Notes: generated by a model from the sequence alone, not told the origin. Positions 1-13,829 are shown, counted from the first letter of the stretch. The stretch is 64,000 nucleotides of DNA from the human T2T-CHM13v2.0 reference genome, Homo sapiens (GCF_009914755.1 NC_060937.1), one strand, 5' to 3'. Made by a program: numbers and translations.

Positions 1-679
1 GTATTTGTGAAGAAAATAGTGGTGATTATTTTCCATTTTCTTCAGGTAAGAGAGTATTCCCTGGATAAATAAAATATTTGATCTATGACTCTGTATTCCT
101 TGAATCTAGGAAAAAATTCAGGTCAGATTATTGTTTTGAGGATCTGCTTCATATGACCTTTCCTAATAACAATTACCCTATCACTCACTGTCCCAGTAAC
201 AAATAGATGGCATGTTACCCCTTAAATCTCCTGGAATCATAAGCCTCCTGGAAATACACTATCATATATATGAAGTCACCTGGCTTCTTCTAATATCCTT
301 GAAGTTATATATTAAAAGTGGCAAAATACATTTTCTAAAGACATGCCATCAATCCCATTCTAACAACTAGAAACAAAAACACACATTTTGTACACATTAC
401 TTTTAAGAAGATGGACAAATGGTGGATGCAAAAAAGACTGAATTAACTAAGACTCCAGATGAGCCTTTTATTAGGTGAGCTGAATCTTCATGTACTCATA
501 AATCAATTTTTAATAAAATAACCCACAATTTTTTGTCTTTCCAACTTACCTTTATCTCATAATATGCAATCATCAGTCACTACACCTTTGAATCCATATT
601 TCAGTATGCATCTCTGAAATATAAGAGCGCTCTTGTTCAAATGTAACCATAATGCCTTTAGTGTCAAAAAATGACACTA

Positions 680-1340
680 AAAAAGTTGGAAATGTACATC
701 TACACAAACTGCACATAGTTTTTTATATTAGCTTTAGTCATAATTGCCAAAATGTGGAAGCAACCAATGTCTACATGTTCTTTCATAGATAAATGGATAA
801 ACTGTGATATGTTCAGACAACAGAATATTATTCAGCACTAACAAAAATTTATTTATCAAGCCATTAAAAGACATGGAAAAACTTCAATGCATTTTACTAA
901 ATTGAAAAATACCAATCTGAAAAGAATACCTACTATATGTTTCTACTATGTGAAATCCTGCAAAACTATGGAGATAGTAAAAAAAGAAGTTGTTGGGGTA
1001 TAGTGAGGAAGAAGTTATGAATAAGTGGAGCACAGATGATATTTAGGGAAGTACAAACACTATGTATGATATGGATCATATAACGGTGGATACATGTCAT
1101 TATACGTTTGTCCAATCCCATAATATGAAAAACACCTAGAGTGATCCATAATGTAAACTAAGAACTTAGATGAAAATGACAGATTCATCAACTGTAACAA
1201 ATGTACTACTCTGGTGGAGGACATTATAACAAAATAAATTATGCATGTGTTGGGGAAAGGGATATATATGCAATCTCTGAATCTTCTGCTCAATTTTTCT
1301 GTAACCAAAAACTTTTAAGAAATAAAGTCTATTTTAAAAA
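680..1340 (+). mobile_element. Old LINE-1 3' end (L1MC1-like)
   Basis: 3'UTR motifs ggtggatacatgtcattatacgtttgtccaatcccata and aactgtaacaaatgtactactctggtgg, ending aataaagtctattttaaaaa. Confidence 0.8.
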
Positions 1341-1563
1341 TTACTTTTTAAAAAGCTACATAAGCCAGCAGGATAAGGATAGAATTGGGGCATGAATAAA
1401 AAGGCGCTTGGCTGTTTCTGAAATGTTTATTTCTTACATAATAAAATGATTGAAATTGAACACAAAAAGCTTAGTTTAAATTTTAGGTGGTGAAAATATG
1501 GGTGCTGTTTATATTACTTTTATTCTTCTAATACTCTAAAAGACTACAGCATTAAAATAAACA

Positions 1564-2519
1564 TGTGATTGTATGATATATGTCATATATATGTATATAT
1601 GTATACATGCACACACACACAGTTTTTCAGTTTCTGGCTCATAATTCCCACAGTCCTTGCTTGTTACAGTCTTCTGTTATAATGCTGGGGCATTTTAGGC
1701 CTCTGGGGCAGACCTCAGCAAAGAGAATCAACCTCTCTCTCTCTCTCTGACCTATCTTCCTTTTACTTGCCCAAGACAGGAATCTAATTGTGACTCAAAA
1801 GACCCTAATTCCAGAGAGGGTCCTGTCCTATTCCTGGAGAAAGGGATGCTGCACCCAGAGTCCAAGAAGAATCTGATCGGACAGGCCCTGTCAGGTTTTC
1901 CCACTCACTCTATTAGTATGCAATTATATTCTTTTCACCCAATCACATTTCTACTTGGTTGTGAATCATGCCCAAGTAACAAAGTTTCCATAAAAACCCA
2001 AAAGGACAGTGTTCACAGAGCTTCTGAATAGCTGAGGATCTGGCAGTTCCTGGAGAGTGGTGCCCCAGGGAGAGGATGGAACCTCAGCACCCCACCCCCA
2101 CCTTGTCTTATGCATCTCCTCATTGATATCCTTTGTAATACTCTTTAGGATAAATTGGTAAATGTAAGTAACTGCTTCCCTCAGTTCTTTGAGCTGCTTT
2201 GGCAAATTATTGAAGCACAAAGAGGGAGTCATGGGAACCCCAACTTGCAACCAGTCAGCTGGAAGTTCCAGAGGCCAGATTTGTGACTGGTATCTGGGGT
2301 ATGGGACAGTCTTGGGGACTGACCCTTCAACTTGTGGGATCTCAGGCTGCCTCCAGGAAGGTAGTATCAGAGTTGAATTGACTTAGAGGAATCTTAGCTG
2401 GTATCCACAGCTTGGTGTGAGGTGGGAAAACCCCACACATGTAGTCACAAAGTCTTCTGTGTTGATCGATGTGTTGGTGTGACAGCAGAAGAAAAACAGC
2501 TTGAGAGTGTTTCCAGACA
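1564..2519 (+). mobile_element. 5' LTR of MER21-family (ERVL-class) provirus
   Basis: TG...CA termini (tgtgattgtatg...ttccagaca), MER21-like body, directly followed by a PBS; homologous to 6846-7012. Confidence 0.85.
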
Positions 2520-2521
2520 AT

Positions 2522-2539
2522 TGGTCTCAGAAGCGGGAT
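2522..2539 (+). promoter_or_regulatory. Primer binding site, tRNA-Leu type
   Basis: TGGTCTCAGAAGCGGGAT vs ERVL tRNA-Leu PBS TGGTGTCAGAAGTGGGAT (16/18), 2 nt after LTR end. Confidence 0.85.
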
Positions 2540-2940
2540 GTGGTAGGACTGCCTAGGCTAACAGAAACATGTGGTTTCAGAAGAGAAAAGATAGAAGCAT
2601 GGGGGATGAAGAACCTTTAATTTCTCTGTGGCTATGTGGTTACTCATGGTATGGAGTCACAATTTTGCTGCATTCAGTTACTAAAGATAAAAGTTATCAG
2701 TGGAATTCAGGCATGGATTCAACTCTCAGGGATTTGGTTTACCAGACACTTAAGGAAATTCAAACTAATAAGGTAAACGTGATACATGCTAGCCTTGGTT
2801 ATTGCTACCAGTAATACCTAAAATGAAAGTAAAAAAAAAAAAAAATGCTGTGTTGGGCCTTGAGTCTTGACCAAGCTCAGCTGTCAGTCTGTCTGAGCTC
2901 AGGCCGCTAGCCTCAGAGCCACCCCTACAAGGGCAAATTT

Positions 2941-3375
2941 ATGCAGGGACAACAGAAAGTACCTGTGAGACTTTTGGTTTCCAAGGAAGTAGTCAGTGCT
3001 GGGGAAGGACAAAACCAAGTAACTACTGAAACTAGAGGGTATGGTGTAAAGAAATTGTTCTGTTTTGTACATCAGTATCATCAGCTTCCTTTACTACAGT
3101 GGATTCTGAGAATAACTAATTTAGGAACAGTATCTTTGGTTTCAAATGCTGCAGAGTGGGAGAGCATGTTTGGGTTGATGCAGGACCCACAGCTCACTAT
3201 TGAAAAATCACAGATGGAGGTATATGATCCAGCCACACAGGAGGTTATTCCTGAGGTAACAGCCAGCTTGGTGGACCAGATAAAAGCTACTCTAAGGTCT
3301 GTTTACACAGAGAAAAGGGACTGCCAGTTTTCACCTTATAAATGCCAAGTGGAACACCCCAGACGAAGCAGCTGA
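2941..3375 (+). pseudogene. ERVL-type gag remnant (144-aa open fragment)
   Basis: LLQWILRITNLGTVSLVSNAAEW resembles the ERV-L/Fv1-related gag motif WEWILRVWD...AEF; flanked by stops. Confidence 0.65.
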
Positions 3376-6300
3376 TACGTTTCATAAGCAACCCATGTGT
3401 GACTGTCTTTGTGATGACTGGGATATTCACCTACTGAATATGCCCACTACCTAGGTCATGATAAATGCTGTAGTTATGGAGGTCTCTTCTGTGTGGGTAC
3501 CCTATCTGATGTGACTCCTACAGAAGCCAGTGACAGTTCCGGATGCCTTATCAAACTTGCTGTCTCAGCTACCCCTCCTGGATCTTACAGATGCTAACAA
3601 AAACATTAGGTTAATTACAAGAGAATGAAAGACAAAAAGGAGAATAAAAGGACTGACAGCAGAAGGTGACAATTTCTAAATGGTTATTTAAAAATAACAT
3701 AAACAAATAAAACATTGATAGGAGTGAAACTAAAAGGAAAAGAAAGGAGTCATGGGACTCATCCCAAGCAGGGTGGAAATCTTTAGATGGAAATTGAGAA
3801 ATGAAATAAAGTGGAAATAGATGGGGCTGAAACAAAGATCTTAATACCATTGAAGGTTGGGTGGAATTCCTGGTAGTCTCCCAATACGAGAGGGCCTCAA
3901 ACCAGTTTGCTGCATTTAGTCCAGTTTAACTTTAAAAGACGGATGGTAAAGATTATGATGAGAAACCCTACCTGGAATTTCCTGAGGTAATGGTTAGACT
4001 GATTAATCCAGGAAATTATTGACAGAGAAGCCAGGGTTCCTTGGCTCAACTCCTGAGGACCCAAAGCCTTTTGCACAAGGGAAGGTGACATAGTCTGAAG
4101 GTGGGGAAAAGTCCCTGGGACTAGATTATAAAAATGTAAGAGTCGATAGGATTATGAAAGCTGAAATGTTTAAACTGGCTTTGTGTAAAAACCCTGTGTC
4201 TCCTTTGCCCAAAGGTTTTATGGGAATAGATCTTGTGTCTTACTGAGAGATGTTTCCCCCTACCTGGTACTATAAAACAGAAGGCATTTAAAGCTGCCCT
4301 TCAAACAATATCAATTGGCCATGCTAAATGGGAACCAGTAAGATTGCCTTAGCCTACAGAGTGTAGAGTAGAAGTGAGAGTGCTGGTAGGGACAAACTCC
4401 CCACCTGATAACTCTCTCTGGAGTGTTTCCTGGTATTTATTGCAACAGCCTGTGAGAGCCTTCCAGCAAAGACTCCTGGGACTTTGGGCTAGAGAATTTC
4501 CACTTGAGGCATATTTACTAACTGGCTTTTAACTGAAACTACTCCTATGACTGAAGGACATAAAATTCATCTTGACATCTAAAATACCCATGCTCTCTCA
4601 AGTGATTTCAGAGAAACACTCTAATGGGATGGTAGTGCCCAGAATAGTTCTGAATAATGGAAGTAGTTTATACAGGATCATGCTACCTGTGGAATGCATG
4701 GAAGAGAGCCTCATAAGCAGCAAGTCTCTTTTCCCCAGGACTGACTCAGGAACTGTGTGAGGAGCTGCTGGGTTCCACACTGACCTATAAATGGCTCTCA
4801 GCTGACCAACCAAGAACTGCTTGGTTTTTGGATGACAGTTTTAAAATGAATGGACACCATCCTCTTTGGAAGGATGCTACTTTGATCAATGAAGGTAAAA
4901 ACAAGTCATCTCAGTGGGTTGAATTGCATGCTATTTCCCTACCACTGATGAACAAAATCAAACAATGATGAAAGTCCCTATGTTTGCATTTTTACTGATT
5001 CATGGATAGTAGCCAATGGCTTGGCCACATGATTAGGCAGAAAGGCATTGGAAGCCTGGCCTATTAAAAGGATCCCCATATGGGGCACTGTCCTACAGAA
5101 ATTTGAGTTGTACCTTATAGTAAGACAGGTTGATGGCCATTGGAAGAACCCCCTTTCAGGTTCAGAAGGTGACTAGAATCAACAAGTAGACATCCCTGTG
5201 TGCTCCCTTGAGGTGGCCACCTTCCCTGAAATGACTAGATATAGGGGTTCTGAAGCAACGCATAGATGGGCTGAAATATAGGCATTTTTGCTTGCACACT
5301 CTAAGGCACAAAATGCCAATAAACACTCTTCTGATTGTCGGCAAGAGAGACAGAACTACAGATGGCTATGGGGCAGATTCCCTGATGAGAAGGCTCAGAA
5401 GATAGCTGGCAAGTGAGACTGACACTGGTAGCCATAGGGGCTACAAATGGGTCTTGACAGAAATAGACACTGACTTTAGACTGAGATTTGCTTACTGGTA
5501 AAATATGCAAATACTCAGAGTGTCATTAAAATAAAACAGAACAGAATATACTGCACAAATTTGGATGGTCAACTGTCATTTCTTCAGAACAAGGAACACA
5601 TTGCACAGCCCATAATGTCCAACAACGGGCAGAGAGGTCCCCTCCTCAGAGTGATAGTTTGGTAGAGAAGTAAAGTGGGCAATTTAAATATCAGTTGTCT
5701 AAAACAGGGGAGATAAAAACACGAAGGGCTGCCTTCACGAGCGTGAGACTAACAGAATGTCCCCATTAGATTTTTCTGTTTTCCTGGTAAATCTGGAAAA
5801 GAGGAGGTGGGAAGGATGCTGACATAACTATGCTATTCTTGCCAAGGGAAGAGTACACTAGTATAATGACTATAATTTGTTCTTTCTTCCTCAAATCACC
5901 CTATTTTTTTTCCTCCCCTACCTAATGCAGTGGTCCTAGAAGCAGGGCTGCAACTACAGGTGCTGGAAGTGGGCATAACTTCTAAGCAATAAACTGTCAC
6001 TATGTTTTTAAACTTTAGGTTGGAATTCCTAAGGGTCTGATGGGGATGGGTCCTCCATGTCATCTAACAAACTTGGGGCTATAAATGAATGTAGCCGTAT
6101 CACCTGATGGAAAAAGTAGCTCACCAGATCTACACCCATGTAACTTTACCCTATCAGAATGGGAGTGGGCCAAGGCAGAGGTAGTTGCCAGACTAGTATT
6201 GCTGCGTGCAATCTGGACCAGCACAGTAGCAATTCTAATGTCCCTTCCAAAGGCGAAAAAGTCTGGGTGTTGATGGAGAGTAGAAATAGTAGCGGAGGAT

Positions 6301-6609
6301 AAAGAAATGAATGAATGGGTTATAAATTCAAGGAAATCCAACATTACATTAACATCTTGATAGAGGCTCACAGCAAGAGATGGCATTGTCTGTTAGCTCA
6401 ATTATTCCAGATGCCTGAAAGTAAAAGGGTCTATGTTTGCTGAGACCACTCCTGCTTTTGAAACCTGACAAGATTAAAAGAAAAAAGCTTATAAATCTGA
6501 GTGGCCTCTCCCTGGGAGACATATTCATACAATATGATGATAGACTAGACTCATTATTAATGACTAAATGGGATTCTAGCAACGTGGCAGTATCTTTTGA
6601 GTTGTGTAT

Positions 6610-6790
6610 TTTTTAAAGATTTTTTTAGTTTAATTTTTGTGGGTATATAGTGTGTGTGTGTATATATATATTTATGGGATATGTGACCTCCTTTGATACA
6701 GATATGCAATGTGAATATTCACATCATGTAACATAGGGTATCCATCCCCTCAAGCATTTATCTTTTCTATACAAACAATGCAATTATGCT
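6610..6790 (-). mobile_element. L1MA 3' end inserted into the provirus
   Basis: Reverse-strand L1MA tail (gggtatccatcccctcaagcattta), T-rich tail at left, TSD-like gtgtatttt / gtgtatatt. Confidence 0.8.
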
Positions 6791-6845
6791 GAAGTGTATA
6801 TTCTTTTGATGTAAAGGATCTGTGTTGGAAAACCAGGGGATGGCC

Positions 6846-7012
6846 TGTGATGTTATGATTATGTATACTATTGGTTTTGGTCCACGGCTCCTGGCATGTA
6901 ATTCTCATAGCCCTCGTTAAGGTCTTCTATTACATGTTGGGCCCCCCCCCACCAAGCCTCAGGAGCAGGCCTCAGGAAACAGTCTCTCTTTCTCCTGTCC
7001 TCCTTGTACCTG
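6846..7012 (+). mobile_element. Truncated 3' LTR of MER21 provirus
   Basis: tgtgatgttatg start after PPT; aligns to first ~200 bp of the 5' LTR then homology stops. Confidence 0.75.
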
Positions 7013-7082
7013 AGTTTGACTTCAGCTTGGTCCTTCAATCACCTTAAAGTAGCTGCATCACGGTTCTTTCTTTCCTTTGTCA

Positions 7083-7448
<366 letters not shown>

Positions 7449-7469
7449 TACATAAATAGGGTTCATATA

Positions 7470-7765
7470 TGGCCATTTTTCATTACTCAGGTTATGACCC
7501 AAAATAACTTCATTAAATAACTTACACATACACACTTATTTTTAATCACACTATCATTTTAAGTGTTAGCAGTTATCATTTTCTGAAAATTTTAATATAT
7601 CTATATGTTAATTAATTTGCTTTATTCCTGTCTCCTTATGAAAAGATGAATGCAGAGAGGAGAGAAACCTTCTTTATCTAGTTCCCAGCTGTTTTGACAG
7701 GTCTGGACCACAGCCTAGGATATAATAAGCTCTCAATTAAAGCTAGTTGGATAAATAAATGAACA
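7470..7765 (+). mobile_element. L2 3' end fragment
   Basis: Degenerate L2 terminus gcctaggatataataagctctcaattaaagctagttggataaataaatgaa. Confidence 0.55.
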
Positions 7766-7988
7766 ATTTAATGCAAAAAATAGCCTCTTTTGTCCCTTCT
7801 GAGAAGTAAACACTATTTATAATGTAGCTTTTGTGGAGCAAGAAGTTGTGTCTTCCCGTGTGGCAACTTATAAACAGCATTGGGAACTCACATGTTTTCA
7901 TCTTGAGATATACAACATATTATTGTATATGTTCAGTTACATTTCTCTTTTGAGAGTCAACAACTTGCGTTTCTAAAATGTTAAACCT

Positions 7989-8283
7989 GACTGGGTATGG
8001 TGGCTCATGCCTGTAATCCCAGCACCTTGGGAGGCTGAGGCAGGTGGATTGCTTGAGGTCAGGAGTTCGACACCAGCCTGGCCAAAAAGGTAAAACCCTA
8101 TCTCTGTTAAAAATACAAAAATTAACAGGACATGACAGTGGGCACCTGTAGTTCCAGCTACTCGGGAGGCTGAGACAGGAGAATTGGTTGAATTCCCGGG
8201 AGGTATTTGCAGTGAGCCAACAGATCGCACCACTGCATTCCAGCCTGGGCCACAGAGCCAGACTCAGTAGCAAAAAAAGAAAA
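7989..8283 (+). mobile_element. AluS
   Basis: Full dimer with A tail; TSD-like gttaaacc on both sides. Confidence 0.93.
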
Positions 8284-8899
8284 AAAGTTAAACCAACAAG
8301 TTGTTTTTTGGCTAAATTTGAATTCTGTATAATGAAACAGTGAACTGAGGCTATTTCAACTTCTTTATAAATGCATCCTTAATAATAGATGTTACCTTAA
8401 ATAACTGTTGTAATCAATATTACAATTCGACTACAACACAGATATTAAAATTACTTTTAAAGAGTCTTTTTAAGACATATATCACAAATTACATTGAACA
8501 ATAAAATGATTGTCATAGCCAATGTAGCAGTTATTTTCAAATTATCTACCAAGAAATAAATTTCTATTGAGAGAGTAATAAACTGATTAAAATATTTCCA
8601 GGTCATTTGTTAAGGATTCATTACTTAGAATAATGCTTTAAAGAGAAAGGGGAAAATGGTATTACCTAGTTTTTACTTTCAACACATATTAAGTATTTCA
8701 GAGAGGAAAATCACTTAAGAAATTACATTTATGATAAACTGCAAGTGATCAAAAATTCACTGATAATTAAGTCATTTTCTGATCTATAATGTTTTTAATT
8801 GTACATATGTGAAATCCCATCACTGTTGTTTAATTTTAAATAATATCTTCAGAGCGAGGGTAGAAAAATGAGTATAAAGTAGAATTCTATAGAATATAA

Positions 8900-9115
8900 A
8901 CTAGTTAAGGGCTAAATTCAGGCTTCAAATTTTACTAGTGTGGGAAATTTGGCAAGATCTTGCTTAGCCTTTCTGCACCCCAGTTTCCTCTTCTGGAATA
9001 AATTATGCTGCATACATCATAAAGTTATTTTGAATATTAAATGTGTTATATGTAAAAAAACTAAGAATGGTTCCTGGAACATGACAAGCTCTGCACAGAT
9101 GTTAACTTTAGTAGT
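8900..9115 (+). mobile_element. MIR
   Basis: Core-like ctgcaccccagtttcctcttctggaa and 3' ttcctggaacatgacaagctctgcacagatgttaac. Confidence 0.7.
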
Positions 9116-9119
9116 AATA

Positions 9120-9430
9120 CAAATTCAATATCCCTTATTTAAACTACGTGGGACAAGACATGTTTTGGATTTCAGATTTATTCAGATTTTGGAGTATTTA
9201 CATGTACATAATGAGGTATTTTGGGTATGACAGCCAAATTTCAACACAATGTCCAGTTATTTTTCATTTATACCTTATATATATCCCCCAAAGGTAATTT
9301 TATACCATATTTCAAAGAATACGAGGTCAGGTGTGGAATTTTCCACAGTGCTGGCATGTTAGCATTCAAAAAATTTCATATTTGGGGGCATTTTGAATTC
9401 TGGATTTTCAGGTTAGGAATGTTCCACCGG
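9120..9430. mobile_element. Tigger4 (MER46/Zombi)-type non-autonomous DNA transposon
   Basis: TA flanks, degenerate TIRs caaattcaatatccctta / ttaggaatgttccaccgg, ggatttcagattt subterminal repeats. Confidence 0.8.
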
Positions 9431-9469
9431 TAGAAGCACTAGTAGTAGCAGCAGCAATCGTAGTAAAGT

Positions 9470-9680
9470 GTTATCATTGACACCACCATGTGCCAGGTAA
9501 AGTTTCATGTGCTAGGTATGCAACACTTATAGTGCAATACGAATTAGAGACAAAAATTAATATTCTTAGAGCTTAAGCTGTAGTAGGGAGAGGAAGATTA
9601 AAAATAAATCCTACATCAGCTGATAACAAATATTAGGGAGAAAAAAACGAGTATAGGGAAAGAATCCCAAGGGAAGGATA
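9470..9680 (-). mobile_element. L2 fragment
   Basis: cattgacaccaccatgtgccagg...tgctagg...cttagagcttaagctgtagtagggg resembles reverse L2 3' end. Confidence 0.55.
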
Positions 9681-10058
9681 TTTTACAGAGATACTTCAAT
9701 ATTGTTTGATTATGAAGGTAGTGTCACATAAATAAGATTTTTATTGGAATTGGGATATAGCTAAAAGGAATACATTAATATTTGTAAAACCATTTTAGAT
9801 AATTTTGTACAACAAAATAGTATTTAATCATAAGTATACAATAATTAATTTTAAAATTTATAATAATTTTATACCAAAATTTGTAACTTATATACTTACA
9901 TTCAAATATCAGCTCTCCCAAATAATAGGTCAAGGATAGCTAAGATATGTAATCCGAGTCAGATTATAAATTAAAGTATCTACTTTGTGGGATGGTGGTA
10001 AGACATAAATAAACACTTTACAAATATCCTTCCCTCATTTTAAAAATGTATTAGGGTC

Positions 10059-10971
10059 ACTCATCTGACAAAGGGCTAATATCCAGAATCTACAATGAAC
10101 TCAAACAAATTTACAAGAAAAAAAAAACAACCCCATCAAAAAGTGGGCGAAAGATATGAACAGACACTTCTCAAAAGAAGACATTTATGCAGCCAAAAAA
10201 CACATGAAAAAATGCTCATCATCACTGGCCATCAGACACATGCAAATCAAAACCACAATGAGATACCATCTCACACCAGTTAGAATGGCAATCATTAAAA
10301 AGTCAGGAAACAACAGGTGCTGGAGAGGATGTGGAGAAATAGGAACACTTTTACACTGTTGGTGGGACTGTAAACTAGTTCAACCATTGTGGAAGTCGGT
10401 GTGGCGATTCCTCAGGGATCTAGAACTAGAAATACCATTTGACCCAGCCATCCCATTACTGGGTATATACCCAAAGGATTATAAACCCTGCTGCTACAAA
10501 GACACATGCACATGTATGTTTATTGTGGCACTATTCACAATAGCAAAGACTTGGAACCAACCCAAATGTCCAACAAGGATAGACTGGATTAAGAAAATGT
10601 GGCACATATACACTATGGAATACTATGCAGCCATAAAATATGATGAGTTCATGTCCTTTGTAGGGATGTGGATGAAGCTGGCAACCATCATTCTCAGCAA
10701 ACTATCACAAGGACAAAAAACCAAACACTGCATGTTCTCACCCATAGGTGGGAATTGAACAATGAGAACACCTGGACACAGGAAGGGGAACATCACACAC
10801 CAGGGACTGTTGCAGGGTTGGAGGAGTGGGGAGGGATAGCATTAGGATATATACCTAATGCTAAATGACCAGTTAATGGGTGCAGCACACCAACATGGCA
10901 CATGTATACATATGTAACAAACCTGCACATTGTGCACATGTACCCTAAAAGTAAAGTATAATTAAAAAAAA
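10059..10971 (+). mobile_element. 5'-truncated primate L1 (L1PA3/4-like), ORF2 C-terminus open for 200 aa
   Basis: ORF 10156-10758 is the L1 ORF2p cysteine-rich C-terminus ([18 protein letters not shown]); canonical 3'UTR and A tail. Confidence 0.95.
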
Positions 10972-11244
10972 TCAATAAACTTTATACATTTTGGATTTGT
11001 TTATCGATATATACACCTTCATGCTTACCCATATATATGTAACTATGTATTACAAACAAGGTCATCCCTCAACTGACAAACATGAACTGATTAATATTAA
11101 AGAAAATATTGAAAATGAATTTCACAGATACACATATTTCGTTTAACTGTTTCTACATTTCATCTTTAGGCATATCAAATATTTTTTAAAAAAGACTTTA
11201 CCATGGAATATATTAATATTTCTAGCAGAATCACAGATATTAAC

Positions 11245-11749
11245 TGTTGGTAACAAGCCCCCCAAAATCTCGCCATAAACTGGCCCCAAAACTGGCCATA
11301 AACCAAATCTCTGCAGCACTGTGACGTGTTCATGATAGCCGTAATGCTCACGCTGGTAGGTTGTGGGTTTACCATAATGAGGGCAAGGAACACCTGGCCC
11401 GCCCAGGGCAGAAAACCACTTAAAGGCATTCTAAAGCCACAAACAATAGCATGAGTTATCTGTGCCTTAAGGACATGCTCCTGCTGCAGTTAACTAGCCC
11501 AACCTATTTCTTTAATTTGGCCCATCCCTTCGTTTCCCATAAGGGACACGTTTAGTTAATTGAATATCTATAGAAACAATGCTAATGACTGGCTTGCTGT
11601 TAATACGTGGGTAAATCTGTTTGGGGCTCTCAGCTCTGAAGGCTATGAGACCCCTGATTTCTCACTTCACACCTCTGTATTTCTGTGTGTGTCTTTAATT
11701 CCTCTAGTGCCGCTGGGTTAGGGTCTCCCTGACCTAGCTGCTCTCGGCA
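11245..11749 (+). mobile_element. MER9 solo LTR (HERV-K HML-3)
   Basis: TG...CA, 505 bp, ccataaactggccccaaaactggccataaa motif, perfect 6-bp TSD attaac (11239-11244, 11750-11755). Confidence 0.92.
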
Positions 11750-12266
11750 ATTAACAAGTTTACCAAAGTTTCTTTAATGATATTCTCACAAAATAACTAT
11801 ACTCTATATCCAGAAGTTCCATTCTCTTATAAAATATAAGAAGCAAATATATATCCTGTGACCAAAAATGCATTTATGTCATCTCTAGGTTTATGTGTTT
11901 TAATACATTTATTTCTCAAATCTTTAAGATTTTGCATATACTAAACTGTTCTTTTTTAATCCAATTGTGAAGCTTAAATGTTGGTGATGTCCATATGCAA
12001 AATCATTTTTAATGACAGTGTCATCATAAACATGCTGGGGGATGGGTTAAATTTTTAGATAGGACTATAGAGATCATAAAAAAGCTATGTTTTATGCAGT
12101 ATCAATAATTTAATTTTAAAGTACTGAAAACTAGATGAAATATGATGGATAAAATCTACAAGTTTGCATAAGTGTTTTACATTTAGTTTTTTACACATGA
12201 AATAATAACATAGTTAAGAATTTCTATTTAAAATATAAGTGATGAAAATTATATAGAGATAAGTAC

Positions 12267-12590
<324 letters not shown>

Positions 12591-13829
12591 TGACCTAATA
12601 AAAGAATAAAGTTTATTCATATTGCTGTACTATTGAATAGAAATACCCAACATGAAAATGAAATTGCATGATTGTAATAGAATACTCAAGTAGACATAAA
12701 AGGATGAAATATTCAAGGAAAACCAATTATTATCCTAATCCATTATAAACTATTAGATCTCTAGCATTCCATTATGTATACACTTATTTTACTTGCTAAT
12801 TTTATTTTTGAGCCTTGAAAATCTCATTTTGAACTTCAAATTCACATTAGACAGACATCTTAGCAGGCTTTATTTTTCCCCCAATGAGTAGAATTTGGAA
12901 GACTGAGAAGATCCAAAAAAAGAAAACTAATTTCACCACATTTCAATTTAATGATATTCTTGAATATTTGTGAACCTTGTAATACAATTAGAACCATAAA
13001 CCCATATGTGATTATTTGTCAAATATTTGGTATTCTTCTACCACTATAGTACACTGTTATCCTGAGCACAGATAACTAAAGTTGCTTATAGCTTCTTTCC
13101 TGTGACATTTATTTTAGTTTAGGTTATTCTAAATTCTACTTTCTTTTTTTATTATGTTTTTGAGTTAATATTTCCTCCTCTATAGAAAGTTATATATATT
13201 TCTCACACTTTTATATCTTCTAAACTTTGTATCAATTCTAACTCTACATTTTTCATATTTTGAAACTAAAAGGATGTCATTATTCTTAGAGTCCCATCTT
13301 TAATAAATTTTCTATTTTTTATTGCACATTATTAGCTTTAAATTTTTTGCACATTTCTAAAGAATTTCCCACACTTTCATAGGCTCATTTTTTTTTTTAA
13401 GATTTGTACTTCCCTTAAACAAGATTATCTATTCCCTAATGGACTAGTAGAGAAGGAGAAAGTAAGTATGTATAACATGCATGTACCCATCTGCATGAAA
13501 TACACAAAACCTAATAGCAGAAGCTAAGTAAAATGATTAAAGGTATTACAAATTAAATTACGCTCATGGAATCCACCAAATGCCATTCAGCTTTATAGCT
13601 ATAATTTATGGTGTTATTGGTTAATTAATATGAATTAGTGAATATTCGTGAATACGAGTTGATAAATATGTACTATCACAGAGTTTGAAGTGTCGAGTAT
13701 GATTAGATTTTTCTAATTCTACACAGGGAAAATAATTTTAATAAGGCTAAAATAATGTGTCATAAAAGAATTGATAAATGAGACTATATCATATTTAATT
13801 AGTTGTTCAATTAAAAAAACACATAAGTA

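Larger units (their letters stand above)
2520..6845 (+). mobile_element. MER21 internal region: decayed gag, protease, deleted RT, RNase H, integrase, dUTPase-like
   Basis: Gag-like QWILRIT in ORF 2941-3375; GHAKWEPVRLP at 4317; RNase H GKNKSSQWVELHA (4894-4932) and FTDSWIVANGLA (4991-5026); integrase SSEQGTHCTAHNVQQRA (5581-5631); PPT-like aaccaggggatggcc before 3' LTR. Confidence 0.85.

Noticed and set aside
38-52. ttcttcag/gtaaga splice-like motif
   Set aside because: At the window edge with no supportable exon
7920-8273. Alu-derived ORFs (also 12300, 14345, 22160, 34094, 59796, 62780)
   Set aside because: Typical Alu translations (PRLECSG, SPASAS)
10156-10758. 200-aa ORF as a functional gene
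   Set aside because: C-terminal part of L1 ORF2 in a truncated copy with no promoter, EN or RT
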